64,000 nt of DNA from Bugula neritina (lineage: Eukaryota; Animalia; Bryozoa). The position numbers and the translations under genes are program-made. The stretch spans positions 62,001 to 126,000 of the forward strand of contig CAXIUT010000103.1 in NCBI GenBank assembly GCA_964035545.1. The letters run 5' to 3'. Positions 9,701 to 24,400 of this stretch are shown one piece after another (position 1 is the first letter of the stretch; the number at the start of each line of letters is the position of its first letter). The notes under the pieces were generated by a model. It searched no databases. It was not told the DNA's origin and saw only the letters and a program-made list of their open reading frames with translations.

Positions 9701-12700
9701 ATTAAAATATAATATAATATTATTTTCTGGACAAATAAATAATATCAAATGCATATTGTAACTTACCATAAATCTACAGTGCTTCACATCTTCACTTTTT
9801 TCTGCAATGTTATTTCTTTGCAGTTAGAAGTACTAGTTGAAAATATGACTATGAAACATAACCCTTCAATTTCATTGCACCAGCACCAGTTGCAAGATAG
9901 GTGTGTTGGGAGTTATCTTTCCCAAAATTTTGTTCTTGGTGTTTATACGAAGCAGACACAGGCTAATATTAGTTTTGTTATTTGTAAGAGTTTTTCTGTC
10001 TGATTGTCCATCAGCAAAAGTTTGGCCTTGCAGTTATTATGGAAATACCAGTGATGCTGGAAGACCTTTGCATTGTACACCCGCCTTTACTATTGAATTT
10101 AGATGTTTTATTTTCCCATCCCCTCTCCTGCCCCCCTGTCCCCTCTAACAACCAGCAATCCTGACTCATGTGAATTGTGTTATTGTTCTAGAGTTGGCCC
10201 ATGGGCCTACAGTATACGATTTGAAGCTTTATAGTTTACAGGCAGTGGAGATGAGTCACTGCTAAAACCCATTTTGTTAGTAGACTATATTGCTCTTCAA
10301 TCATCAGTTTTCATATTAAAAGAGAAAGCTCATCTGCAGCGCCATTTCACAGTGTTATATTTTGCTAGAGCAATAACTAATTTTAGATGCCTTTGCAAAC
10401 ATATGAGAAATAAATGAGTCATTCTATGAAAAGAGGTGTTTGCAGCAATTGTCCACTTTTGATTTACAAGCGGCATGGAAACTTTTGTAGTTTTAAATAA
10501 TATCTCCAAACTCATCACTTGCATGTGTTTATAGACTTGATAAATTTTTTTATGCAAAACTTGATGCCTTCTTCAAAGACACCAGTGCTTAATTACTGTG
10601 TTAACTGTATTGGCACGTTGCCATGAGATATTTGGTAATATTTCGCATCGCAACAAACTCTTCAGAAAGTTAAGAAAATCAGTCTAGAAAGTTAATGAAA
10701 TAAACCTACCAGAAAGAGTGAGCCAGATGTAACAAGTAGATCCAAAACAATTAGTTGATTAACAATTGAAGTTGAAATCTCCATGTAGTCAACACTTTAG
10801 TCCTAATGTCAAATGCAAACGTCTGCAACAAAACTGTGTAGACTTCATGAGCTGGTTAGCTGAAAGGACTCATTAAAGTTCTTAACTCTTGTGTGTATAG
10901 TGATGCCCATCTTGAACTAGAGAGGGCTGACTGAAGACTGCTACTTTGTGAAAATTGACAATGCATATTATTATTATTCATTGTTGAGATTCACGACTGC
11001 CATAAACAATGATAAAATATTCATTGTTGGTACTACTGAGTAGATTAAAATATAATATAATATTATTTTCTGGACAAATAACTAATATCAAATGCATATT
11101 GTAACTTACCATAAGTCTACAGTGCTTCACATCTTCACTTTTTTCTGCAATGTTATTTCTTTGCAGTTAGAAGTACTAGTTGAAAATATGACTATGAAAC
11201 ATAACCCTTCAATTTCATTGCACCAGCACCAGTTGCAAGATAGGTGTGTTGGGAGTTATCTTTCCCAAAATTTTGTTCTTGGTGTTTATACGAAGCAGAC
11301 ACAGGCTAATATTAGTTTTGTTATTTGTAAGAGTTTTTCTGTCTGATTGTCCATCAGCAAAAATTTGGCCTTGCAGTTATTATGGAAATACCAGTGATGC
11401 TGGAAGACCTTTGCATTGTACACCCGCCTTTACTATTGAATTTAAATGTTTTATTTTCCCATCCCCTCTCCTGCCCCCCTGTCCCCTCTAACAACCAGCA
11501 ATCCTGACTCATGTGAATTGTGTTATTGTTCTAGAGTTGGCCCATGGGCCTACAGTATACGATTTGAAGCTTTATAGTTTACAGGCAGTGGAGATGAGTC
11601 ACTGCTAAAACCCATTTTGTTAGTAGACTATATTGCTCTTCAATCATCAGTTTTCATATTAAAAGAGAAAGCTCATCTGCAGCGCCATTTCACAGTGTTT
11701 TATTTTGCTAGAGCAATAACTAATTTTAGATGCCTTTGCAAACATATGAGAAATAAATGAGTCATTCTATGAAAAGAGGTGTTTGCAGCAATTGTCCACT
11801 TTTGATTTACAAGCGGCATGGACACTTTTGTAGTTTTAAATAATATCTCCAAACTCATCACTTGCATGTGTTTATAGACTTGATAAATTTTTTTATGCAA
11901 AACTTGATGCCTGCTTCAAAGACACCAGTGTTTAATTACTGTGTCAACTGTATTGGCACGTTGCCATGAGATATTTGGTAATATTTCGCATCACAACAAA
12001 CTCTTCAGAAAGTTAAGAAAATCAGTCTAGAAAGTTAATGAAATAAACCTACCAGAAAGAGTGAGCCAGATGTAACAAGTAGATCCAAAACAATTAGTTG
12101 ATTAACAATTGAAGTTGAAATCTCCATGTAGTCAACACTTTAGTCCTAATGTCAAATGCAAACGTCTGCAACCAAACTGTGTAGACTTCATGAGCTGGTT
12201 AGCTGAAAGGACTCATTAAAGTTCTTAACTCTTGTGTGTATAGTGATGCCCATCTTGAACTAGAGAGGGCTGACTGAAGACTGCTACTTTGTGAAAATTG
12301 ACAATGCATATTATTATTATTCATTGTTGAGATTCACGACTGCCATAAACAATGATAAAATATTCATTGTTGGTACTACTGAGTAGATTAAAATATAATA
12401 TAATATTATTTTCTGGACAAATAAATAATATCAAATGCATATTGTAACTTACCATAAATCTACAGTGCTTCACATCTTCACTTTTTTCTGCAATGTTATT
12501 TCTTTGCAGTTAGAAGTACTAGTTGAAAATATGACTATGAAACATAACCCTTCAATTTCATTGCACCAGCACCAGTTGCAAGATAGGTGTGTTGGGAGTT
12601 ATCTTTCCCAAAATTTTGTTCTTGGTGTTTATACGAAGCAGACACAGGCTAATATTAGTTTTGTTATTTGTAAGAGTTTTTCTGTCTGATTGTCCATCAG

Positions 12701-15700
12701 CAAAAGTTTGGCCTTGCAGTTATTATGGAAATACCAGTGATGCTGGAAGACCTTTGCATTGTACACCCGCCTTTACTATTGAATTTAAATGTTTTATTTT
12801 CCCATCCCCTCTCCTGCCCCCCTGTCCCCTCTAACAACCAGCAATCCTGACTCATGTGAATTGTGTTATTGTTCTAGAGTTGGCCCATGGGCCTACAGTA
12901 TACGATTTGAAGCTTTATAGTTTACAGGCAGTGGAGATGAGTCACTGCTAAAACCCATTTTGTTAGTAGACTATATTGCTCTTCAATCATCAGTTTTCAT
13001 ATTAAAAGAGAAAGCTCATCTGCAGCGCCATTTCACAGTGTTTTATTTTGCTAGAGCAATAACTAATTTTAGATGCCTTTGCAAACATATGAGAAATAAA
13101 TGAGTCATTCTATGAAAAGAGGTGTTTGCAGCAATTGTCCACTTTTGATTTACAAGCGGCATGGACACTTTTGTAGTTTTAAATAATATCTCCAAACTCA
13201 TCACTTGCATGTGTTTATAGACTTGATAAATTTTTTTATGCAAAACTTGATGCCTGCTTCAAAGACACCAGTGCTTAATTACTGTGTTAACTGTATTGGC
13301 ACGTTGCCATGAGATATTTGGTAATATTTCGCATCACAACAAACTCTTCAGAAAGTTAAGAAAATCAGTCTAGAAAGTTAATGAAATAAACCTACCAGAA
13401 AGAGTGAGCCAGATGTAACAAGTAGATCCAAAACAATTAGTTGATTAACAATTGAAGTTGAAATCTCCATGTAGTCAACACTTTAGTCCTAATGTCAAAT
13501 GCAAACGTCTGCAACCAAACTGTGTAGACTTCATGAGCTGGTTTGCTGAAAGGACTCATTAAAGTTCTTAACTCTTGTGTGTATAGTGATGCCCATCTTG
13601 AACTAGAGAGGGCTGACCAAAGACTGCTACTTTGTGAAAATTGACAATGCATATTATTATTATTCATTGTTGAGATTCACGACTGCCATAAACAATGATA
13701 AAATATTCATTGTTGGTACTACTGAGTAGAATAAAATATAATATAATATTATTTTCTGGACAAATAAATAATATCAAATGCATATTATAACTTACCATTA
13801 ATCTACAGTGCTTCACATCTTCACTTTTTTCTGCAATGTTGTTTCTTTGCAGTTAGAAGTACTAGTTGAAAATATGACTATGAAACATAACCCTTCAATT
13901 TCATTGCACCAGCGCCATGTCAAGATAGGTGTGTTGGGAGTTATCTTTCCCAAAATTTTGTTCTTTGTGTTTATACGAAGCAGACACAGGCTAATATTAG
14001 TTTTGTTATTTGCAAGAGTTTTTCTGTCTGATTGTCCATCAGCAAAAGTTTGGCCTTGCAGTTATTATGGAAATACCAGTGATGCTGGAAGACCTTTGCA
14101 TTGTACACCCGCCTTTACTATTGAATTTAGATGTTTTATTTTCCCATCCCCTCTCCTGCCCCCCTGTCCCCTCTAACAACCAGCAATCCTGACTCATGTG
14201 AATTGTGTTATTGTTCTAGAGTTGGCCCATGGGCCTACAGTATACGATTTGAAGCTTTATAGTTTACAGGCAGTGGAGATGAGTCACTGCTAAAACCCAT
14301 TTTGTTAGTAGACTATATTGCTCTTCAATCATCAGTTTTCATATTAAAAGAGAAAGCTCATCTGCAGCGCCATTTCACAGTGTTATATTTTGCTAGAGCA
14401 ATAACTAATTTTAGATGCCTTTGCAAACATATGAGAAATAAATGAGTCATTCTATGAAAAGAGGTGTTTGCAGCAATTGTCCACTTTTGATTTACAAGCG
14501 GCATGGAAACTTTTGTAGTTTTAAATGATATCTCCAAACTCATCACTTGCATGTGTTTATAGACTTGATAAATTTTTTTATGCAAAACTTGATGCCTGCT
14601 TCAAAGACACCAGTGCTTAATTACTGTGTTAACTGTATTGGCACGTTGCCATGAGATATTTGGTAATATTTCGCATCACAACAAACTCTTCAGAAAGTTA
14701 AGAAAATCAGTCTAGAAAGTTAATGAAATAAACCTACCAGAAAGAGTAAGCAAGATGTAACAAGTAGATCCAAAACAATTAGTTGATTAACAATTGAAGT
14801 TGAAATCTCCATGTAGTCAACACTTTAGTCCTAATGTCAAATGCAAACGTCTGCAACCAAACTGTGTAGACTTCATGAGCTGGTTAGCTGAAAGGACTCA
14901 TTAAAGTTCTTAACTCTTGTGTGTATAGTGATGCCCATCTTGAACTAGAGAGGGGTGACTGAAGACTGCTACTTTGTGAAAATTGACAATGCATATTATT
15001 ATTATTCATTGTTGAGATTCACGACTGCCATAAACAATGATAAAATATTCATTGTTGGTACTACTGAGTAGAATAAAATATAATATAATATTATTTTCTG
15101 GACAAATAAATAATATCAAATGCATATTATAACTTACCATTAATCTACAGTGCTTCACATCTTCTCTTTTTTCTGCAATGTTATTTCTTTGCAGTTAGAA
15201 GTACTAGTTGAAAATATGACTATGAAACATAACCCTTCAATTTCATTGCACCAGCACCAGTTGCAAGATAGGTGTGTTGGGAGTTATCCTTCCCAAAAGT
15301 TTTGTTCTTGGTGTTTATACGAAGCAGACACAGGCTAATATTAGTTTTGTTATTTGTAAGAGTTTTTCTGTCTGATTGTCCATCAGCAAAGTTTGGCCTT
15401 GCAGTTATTATGGAAATACCAGTGATGCTGGAAGACCTTTGCATTGTACACCCGCCTTTACTATTGAATTTAGATGTTTTATTTTCCCATCCCCTCTCCT
15501 GCCCCCCTGTCCCCTCTAACAACCAACAATCCTGACTCATGTGAATTGTGTTATTGTTCTAGAGTTGGCCCATGGGCCTACAGTATACGATTTGAAGCTT
15601 TATAGTTTACAGGCAGTGGAGATGAGTCACTGCTAAAACCCATTTTGTTAGTAGACTATGTTGCTCTTCAATCATCAGTTTTCATATTAAAAGAGAAAGC

Positions 15701-18700
15701 TCATCTGCAGCGCCATTTCACAGTGTTTTATTTTGCTAGAGCAATAACTAATTTTAGATGCCTTTGCAAACATATGAGAAATAAATGAGTCATTCTATGA
15801 AAAGAGGTGTTTGCAGCAATTGTCCACTTTTGATTTACAAGCGGCATGGAAACTTTTGTAGTTTTAAATAATATCTCCAAACTCATCACTTGCATGTGTT
15901 TATAGACTTGATAAAGTTTTTTATGCAAAACTTGATGCCTGCTTCAAAGACACCAGTGCTTAATTACTGTGTTAACTGTATTGGCACGTTGCCATGAGAT
16001 ATTTGGTAATATTTCGCATCACAACAAACTCTTCAGAAAGTTAAGAAAATCAGTCTAGAAAGTTAATGAAATAAACCTACCAGAAAGTTTCAGCCAGATG
16101 TAACAAGTAGATCCAAAACAATTAGTTGATTAACAATTGAAGTTGAAATCTCCATGTAGTCAACACTTTAGTCCTAATGTCAAATGCAAACGCCTGCAAT
16201 CAAACTGTGTAGACTTCATGAGCTGGTTAGCTAACAGGACTCATTAAAGTTCTTAACTCTTGTGTGTATAGTGATGCCCATCTTGAACTAGAGAGGGCTG
16301 ACTGAAGACTGCTACTTTGTGAAAATTGACAATGCATATTATTATTATTCATTGTTGAGATTCACGACTGCCATAAACAATGATAAAATATTCATTGTTG
16401 GTACTACTGAGTAGAATAAAATATAATATAATATTATTTTCTGGACAAATAAATAATATCAAATGCATATTATAACTTACCATTAATCTACAGTGCTTCA
16501 CATCTTCTCTTTTTTCTGCAATGTTATTTCTTTGCAGTTAGAAGTACTAGTTGAAAATATGACTATGAAACATAACCCTTCAATTTCATTGCACCAGCGC
16601 CATGTCAAGATAGGTGTGTTGGGAGTTATCTTTCCCAAAATTTTGTTCTTTGTGTTTATACGAAGCAGACACAGGCTAATATTAGTTTTGTTATTTGCAA
16701 GAGTTTTTCTGTCTGATTGTCCATCAGCAAAAGTTTGGCCTTGCAGTTATTATGGAAATACCAGTGATGCTGGAAGACCTTTGCATTGTACACCCGCCTT
16801 TACTATTGAATTTAGATGTTTTATTTTCCCATCCCCTCTCCTGCCCCCCTGTCCCCTCTAACAACCAGCAATCCTGACTCATGTGAATTGTGTTATTGTT
16901 CTAGAGTTGGCCCATGGGCCTACAGTATACGATTTGAAGCTTTATAGTTTACAGGCAGTGGAGATGAGTCACTGCTAAAACCCATTTTGTTAGTAGACTA
17001 TATTGCTCTTCAATCATCAGTTTTCATATTAAAAGAGAAAGCTCATCTGCAGCGCCATTTCACAGTGTTATATTTTGCTAGAGCAATAACTAATTTTAGA
17101 TGCCTTTGCAAACATATGAGAAATAAATGAGTCATTCTATGAAAAGAGGTGTTTGCAGCAATTGTCCACTTTTGATTTAGACGCGGCATGGAAACTTTTG
17201 TAGTTTTAAATAATATCTCCAATCTCATCACTTGCATGTGTTTAGATACTTGATAAAGTTTTTTATGCAAAACTTGATGCCTGCTTCAAAGACACCACTG
17301 CTTAATTACTGTGTTAACTGTATTGGCACGTTGCCATAAGATATTTGGTAATATTTCGCATCACAACAAACTCTTCAGAAAGTTAAGAAAATCAGTCTAG
17401 AAAGTTAATGAAATAAACCTACCAGAAAGTTTCAGCCAGATGTAACAAGTAGATCCAAAACAATTAGTTGATTAACAATTGAAGTTGAAATCTCCATGTA
17501 GTCAACACTTTAGTCCTAATGTCAAATGCAAACGCCTGCAATCAAACTGTGTAGACTTCATGAGCTGGTTAGCTAACAGGACTCATTAAAGTTCTTAACT
17601 CTTGTGTGTATAGTGATGCCCATCTTGAACTAGAGAGGGCTGACTGAAGACTGCTACTTTGTGAAAATTGACAATGCATATTATTATTATTCATTGTTGA
17701 GATTCACGACTGCCATAAACAATGATAAAATATTCATTGTTGGTACTACTGAGTAGAATAAAATATAATATAATATTATTTTCTGGACAAATAAATAATA
17801 TCAAATGCATATTATAACTTACCATTAATCTACAGTGCTTCACATCTTCTCTTTTTTCTGCAATGTTATTTCTTTGCAGTTAGAAGTACTAGTTGAAAAT
17901 ATGACTATGAAACATAACCCTTCAATTTCATTGCACCAGCGCCATGTCAAGATAGGTGTGTTGGGAGTTATCTTTCCCAAAATTTTGTTCTTTGTGTTTA
18001 TACGAAGCAGACACAGGCTAATATTAGTTTTGTTATTTGCAAGAGTTTTTCTGTCTGATTGTCCATCAGCAAAAGTTTGGCCTTGCAGTTATTATGGAAA
18101 TACCAGTGATGCTGGAAGACCTTTGCATTGTACACCCGCCTTTACTATTGAATTTAGATGTTTTATTTTCCCATCCCCTCTCCTGCCCCCCTGTCCCCTC
18201 TAACAACCAGCAATCCTGACTCATGTGAATTGTGTTATTGTTCTAGAGTTGGCCCATGGGCCTACAGTATACGATTTGAAGCTTTATAGTTTACAGGCAG
18301 TGGAGATGAGTCACTGCTAAAACCCATTTTGTTAGTAGACTATATTGCTCTTCAATCATCAGTTTTCATATTAAAAGAGAAAGCTCATCTGCAGCGCCAT
18401 TTCACAGTGTTATATTTTGCTAGAGCAATAACTAATTTTAGATGCCTTTGCAAACATATGAGAAATAAATGAGTCATTCTATGAAAAGAGGTGTTTGCAG
18501 CAATTGTCCACTTTTGATTTAGACGCGGCATGGAAACTTTTGTAGTTTTAAATAATATCTCCAATCTCATCACTTGCATGTGTTTAGATACTTGATAAAG
18601 TTTTTTATGCAAAACTTGATGCCTGCTTCAAAGACACCAGTGCTTAATTACTGTGTTAACTGTATTGGCACGTTGCCATAAGATATTTGGTAATATTTCG

Positions 18701-21478
18701 CATCACAACAAACTCTTCAGAAAGTTAAGAAAATCAGTCTAGAAAGTTAATGAAATAAACCTACCAGAAAGTTTCAGCCAGATGTAACAAGTAGATCCAA
18801 AACAATTAGTTGATTAACAATTGAAGTTGAAATCTCCATGTAGTCAACACTTTAGTCCTAATGTCAAATGCAAACGCCTGCAATCAAACTGTGTAGACTT
18901 CATGAGCTGGTTAGCTAACAGGACTCATTAAAGTTCTTAACTCTTGTGTGTATAGTGATGCCCATCTTGAACTAGAGAGGGCTGACTGAAGACTGCTACT
19001 TTGTGAAAATTGACAATGCATATTATTATTATTCATTGTTGAGATTCACGACTGCCATAAACAATGATAAAATATTCATTGTTGGTACTACTGAGTAGAA
19101 TAAAATATAATATAATATTATTTTCTGGACAAATAAATAATATCAAATGCATATTATAACTTACCATAAATCTACAGTGCTTCACATCTTCACTTTTTTC
19201 TGCAATGTTATTTCTTTGCAGTTAGAAGTACTAGTTGAAAATATGACTATGAAACATAACCCTTCAATTTCATTGCACCAGCACCAGTTGCAAGATAGGT
19301 GTGTTGGGAGTTATCTTTCCCAAAATTTTGTTCTTTGTGTTTATACGAAGCAGACACAGGCTAATATTAGTTTTGTTGTTTGCAAGAGTTTTTCTGTCTG
19401 ATTGTCCATCAGCAAAAGTTTGGCCTTGCAGTTATTATGGAAATACCAGTGATGCTGGAAGACCTTTGCATTGTACACCCGCCTTTACTATTGAATTTAG
19501 ATGTTTTATTTTCCCATCCCCTCTCCTGCCCCCCTGTCCCCTCTAACAACCAGCAATCCTGACTCATGTGAATTGTGTTATTGTTCTAGAGTTGGCCCAT
19601 GGGCCTACAGTATACGATTTGAAGCTTTATAGTTTACAGGCAGTGGAGATGAGTCACTGCTAAAACCCATTTTGTTAGTAGACTATATTGCTCTTCAATC
19701 ATCAGTTTTCATATTAAAAGAGAAAGCTCATCTGCAGCGCCATTTCACAGTGTTATATTTTGCTAGAGCAATAACTAATTTTAGATGCCTTTGCAAACAT
19801 ATGAGAAATAAATGAGTCATTCTATGAAAAGAGGTGTTTGCAGCAATTGTCCACTTTTGATTTACAAGCGGCATGGAAACTTTTGTAGTTTTAAATAATA
19901 TCTCCAAACTCATCACTTGCATGTGTTTATAGACTTGATAAATTTTTTTATGCAAAACTTGATGCCTGCTTCAAAGACACCAGTGCTTAATTACTGTGTT
20001 AACTGTATTGGCACGTTGCCATGAGATATTTGGTAATATTTCGCATCACAACAAACTCTTCAGAAAGTTAAGAAAATCAGTCTAGAAAGTTAATGAAATA
20101 AACCTACCAGAAAGAGTAAGCCAGATGTAACAAGTAGATCCAAAACAATTAGTTGATTAACAATTGAAGTTGAAATCTCCATGTAGTCAACACTTTAGTC
20201 CTAATGTCAAATGCAAACGTCTGCAACCAAACTGTGTAGACTTCATGAGCTGGTTAGCTGAAAGGACTCATTAAAGTTCTTAACTCTTGTGTGTATAGTG
20301 ATGCCCATCTTGAACTAGAGAGGGCTGACTGAAGACTGCTACTTTGTGAAAATTGACAATGCATATTATTATTATTCATTGTTGAGATTCACGACTGCCA
20401 TAAACAATGATAAAATATTCATTGTTGGTACTACTGAGTAGAATAAAATATAATATAATATTATTTTCTGGACAGATAAATAATATCAAATGCATATTAT
20501 AACTTAGCATAAATCTACAGTGCTTCACATCTTCACTTTTTTCTGCAATGTTATTTCTTTGCAGTTAGAAGTACTAGCTAAATATATGACTATGAAACAT
20601 AACCCTTCAATTTCATTGCAACCAGCATCAGTTGCAAGATAGGTGTGTTGGGAGTTATCTTTCCCAAAATTTTGTTCTTTGTGTTTATACGAAGCAGACA
20701 CAGGCTAATATTAGTTTTGTTATTTGTAAGAGTTTTTCTGTCTGATTGTCCATCAGCAAAAGTTTGGCCTTGCAGTTATTATGGAAATACCAGTGATGCT
20801 GGAAGACCTTTGCATTGTACACCCGCCTTTACTATTGAATTTAGATGTTTTATTTTCCCATCCCCTCTCCTGCCCCCCTGTCCCCTCTAACAACCAGCAA
20901 TCCTGACTCATGTGAATTGTGTTATTGTTCTAGAGTTGGCCCATGGGCCTACAGTATACGATTTGAAGCTTTATAGTTTACAGGCAGTGGAGATGAGTCA
21001 CTGCTAAAACCCATTTTGTTAGTAGACTATATTGCTCTTCAATCATCAGTTTTCATATTAAAAGAGAAAGCTCATCTGCAGCGCCATTTCACAGTGTTTT
21101 ATTTTGCAAGAGCAATAACTAATTTTAGATGCCTTTGCAAACATATGAGAAATAAATGAGTCATTCTATGAAAAGAGGTGTTTGCAGCAATTGTCCATTT
21201 TTGATTTACAAGCGGCATGGAAACTTTTGTAGTTTTAAATAATATCTCCAAACTCATCACTTGCATGTGTTTATAGACTTGATAAAGTTTTTTATGCAAA
21301 ACTTGATGCCTGCTTCAAAGACACCAGTGCTTAATTACTGTGTTAACTGTATTGGCACGTTGCCATGAGATATTTGGCAATATTTCGCATCACAACAAAC
21401 TCTTCAGAAAGTTAAGAAAATCAGTCTAGAAAGTTAATGAAATAAACCTACCAGAAAGAGTAAACCGGATGTAACAAG
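6710..21478. repeat. Transitional layers (U6-U16)
   Basis: New alleles appear here: TTTGGCC, GTGGAG, GCTAAAAC, CAAGCGG, TTTATAGACT and the +3 AAAACAATTAGTTG. Layer-specific markers are GTAGATTAAA and GAGTGAGCC (within U6-U10) and CTTTGTGTT, GTTTCAGCC, CGCCTGCAATC and CAGCGCCATGTCA (within U11-U16). Confidence 0.85.
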
Positions 21479-24400
21479 TAGATCCAAAACAATTAGTTGA
21501 TTAACAATTGAAGTTGAAATCTCCATGTAGTCAACACTTTAGTCCTAATGTCAAATGCAAACGTCTGCAACCAAACTGTGTAGACTTCATGAGCTGGTTA
21601 GCTGAAAGGACTCATTAAAGTTCTTAACTCTTGTGTGTATAGTGATGCCCATCTTGAACTAGAGAGGGCTGACTGAAGACTGCTACTTTGTGAAAATTGA
21701 CAATGTATTTTATTATTATTCATTGTTGAGATTCACGACTGCCATAAACAATGATAAAATATTCATTGTTGGTACTACTGAGTAGAATAAAATATAATAT
21801 AATATTATTTTCTGGACAGATAAATAATATCAAATGCATATTATAACTTACCATAAATCTACAGTGCTTCACATCTTCACCTTTTTCTGCAATGTTATTT
21901 CTTTGCAGTTAGAAGTACTAGCTGAATATATGACTATGAAACATAACCCTTCAATTTCATTGCACCAGCATCAGTTGCAAGATAGGTGTGTTGGGAGTTA
22001 TCTTTCCCAAAATTTTGTTCTTGGTGTTTATACGAAGCAGACACAGGCTAATATTAGTTTTGTTATTTGCAAGAGTTTTTCTGTCTGATTGTCCATCAGC
22101 AAAAATTTGGCCTTGCAGTTATTATGGAAATACCAGTGATGCTGGAAGACCTTTGCATTGTACACCCGCCTTTACTATTGAATTTAGATGTTTTATTTTC
22201 CCATCCCCTCTCCTGCCCCCCTGTCCCCTCTAACAACCAGCAATCCTGACTCATGTAAATTGTGTTATTGTTCTAGAGTTGGCCCATGGGCCTACAGTAT
22301 ACGATTTGAAGCTTTATAGTTTACAGGCAGTCGAGATGAGTCACTGCTAAAACCCATTTTGTTAGTAGACTATGTTGCTCTTCAATCATCAGTTTTCATA
22401 TTAAAAGAGAAAGCTCATCTGCAGCGCCATTTCACAGTGTTTTATTTTGCAAGAGCAATAACTAATTTTAGATGCCTTTGCAAACATATGAGAAATAAAT
22501 GAGTCATTCTATGAAAAGAGGTGTTTGCAGCAATTGTCCACTTTTGATTTACAAGCGGCATGGAAACTTTTGTAGTTTTAAATAATATCTCCAAACTCAT
22601 CACTTGCATGTTTTTATAGACTTGATAAAGTTTTTTATGCAAAACTTGATGCCTGCTTCAAAGACACCAGTGCTTAATTACTGTGTTAACTGTATTGGCA
22701 CGTTGCCATGAGATATTTGGTAATATTTCGCATCACAACAAACTCTTCAGAAAGTTAAGAAAATCAGTCTAGAAAGTTAATGAAATAAACCTACCAGAAA
22801 GAGTAAGCCAGATGTAACAAGTAGATCCAAAACAATTAGTTGATTAACAATTGAAGTTGAAATCTCCATGTAGTCAACACTTTAGTCCTAATGTCAAATG
22901 CAAACGTCTGCAACCAAACTGTGTAGACTTCATGAGCTGGTTAGCTGAAAGGACTCATTAAAGTTCTTAACTCTTGTGTGTATAGTGATGCCCATCTTGA
23001 ACTAGAGAGGGCTGACTGAAGACTGCTACTTTGTGAAAATTGACAATGCATATTATTATTATTCATTGTTGAGATTCACGACTGCCATAAACAATGATAA
23101 AATATTCATTGTTGGTACTACTGAGTAGAATAAAATATAATATAATATTATTTTCTGGACAGATAAATAATATCAAATGCATATTATAACTTACCATAAA
23201 TCTACAGTGCTTCACATCTTCACTTTTTTCTGCAATGTTATTTCTTTGCAGTTAGAAGTACTAGCTGAATATATGACTATGAAACATAACCCTTCAATTT
23301 CATTGCACCAGCATCAGTTGCAAGATAGGTGTGTTGGGAGTTATCTTTCCCAAAATTTTGTTCTTGGTGTTTATACGAAGCAGACACAGGCTAATATTAG
23401 TTTTGTTATTTGTAAGAGTTTTTCTGTCTGATTGTCCATCAGCAAAAGTTTGGCCTTGCAGTTATTATGGAAATACCAGTGATGCTGGAAGACCTTTGCA
23501 TTGTACACCCGCCTTTACTATTGAATTTAGATGTTTTATTTTCCCATCCCCTCTCCTGCCCCCCTGTCCCCTCTAACAACCAGCAATCCTGACTCATGTG
23601 AATTGTGTTATTGTTCTAGAGTTGGCCCATGGGCCTACAGTATACGATTTGAAGCTTTATAGTTTACAGGCAGTGGAGATGAGTCACTGCTAAAACCCAT
23701 TTTGTTAGTAGACTATATTGCTCTTCAATCATCAGTTTTCATATTAAAAGAGAAAGCTCATCTGCAGCGCCATTTCACAGTGTTTTATTTTGCTAGAGCA
23801 ATAACTAATTTTAGATGCCTTTGCAAACATATGAGAAATAAATGAGTCATTCTATGAAAAGAGGTGTTTGCAGCAATTGTCCACTTTTGATTTACAAGCG
23901 GCATGGAAACTTTTGTAGTTTTAAATAATATCTCCAAACTCATCACTTGCATGTGTTTATAGACTTGATAAATTTTTTTATGCAAAACTTGATGCCTGCT
24001 TCAAAGATACCAGTGCTTAATTACTGTGTTAACTGTATTGGCACGTTGCCATGAGATATTTGGTAATATTTCGCATCACAACAAACTCTTCAGAAAGTTA
24101 AGAAAATCAGTCTAGAAAGTTAATGAAATAAACCTACCAGAAAGAGTAAGCCAGATGTAACAAGTAGATCCAAAACAATTAGTTGATTAACAATTGAAGT
24201 TGAAATCTCCATGTAGTCAACACTTTAGTCCTAATGTCAAATGCAAACGTCTGCAACCAAACGGTGTAGACTTCATGAGCTGGTTAGCTGAAAGGACTCA
24301 TTAAAGTTCTTAACTCTTGTGTGTATAGTGATGCCCATCTTGAACTAGAGAGGGCTGACTGAAGACTGCTACTTTGTGAAAATTGACAATGCATATTATT

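Noticed and set aside
15220-15540. 106-aa minus-strand ORF in type B units
   Set aside because: It is created only by the type B indels, is absent from type A and older units, and has no recognisable motif.
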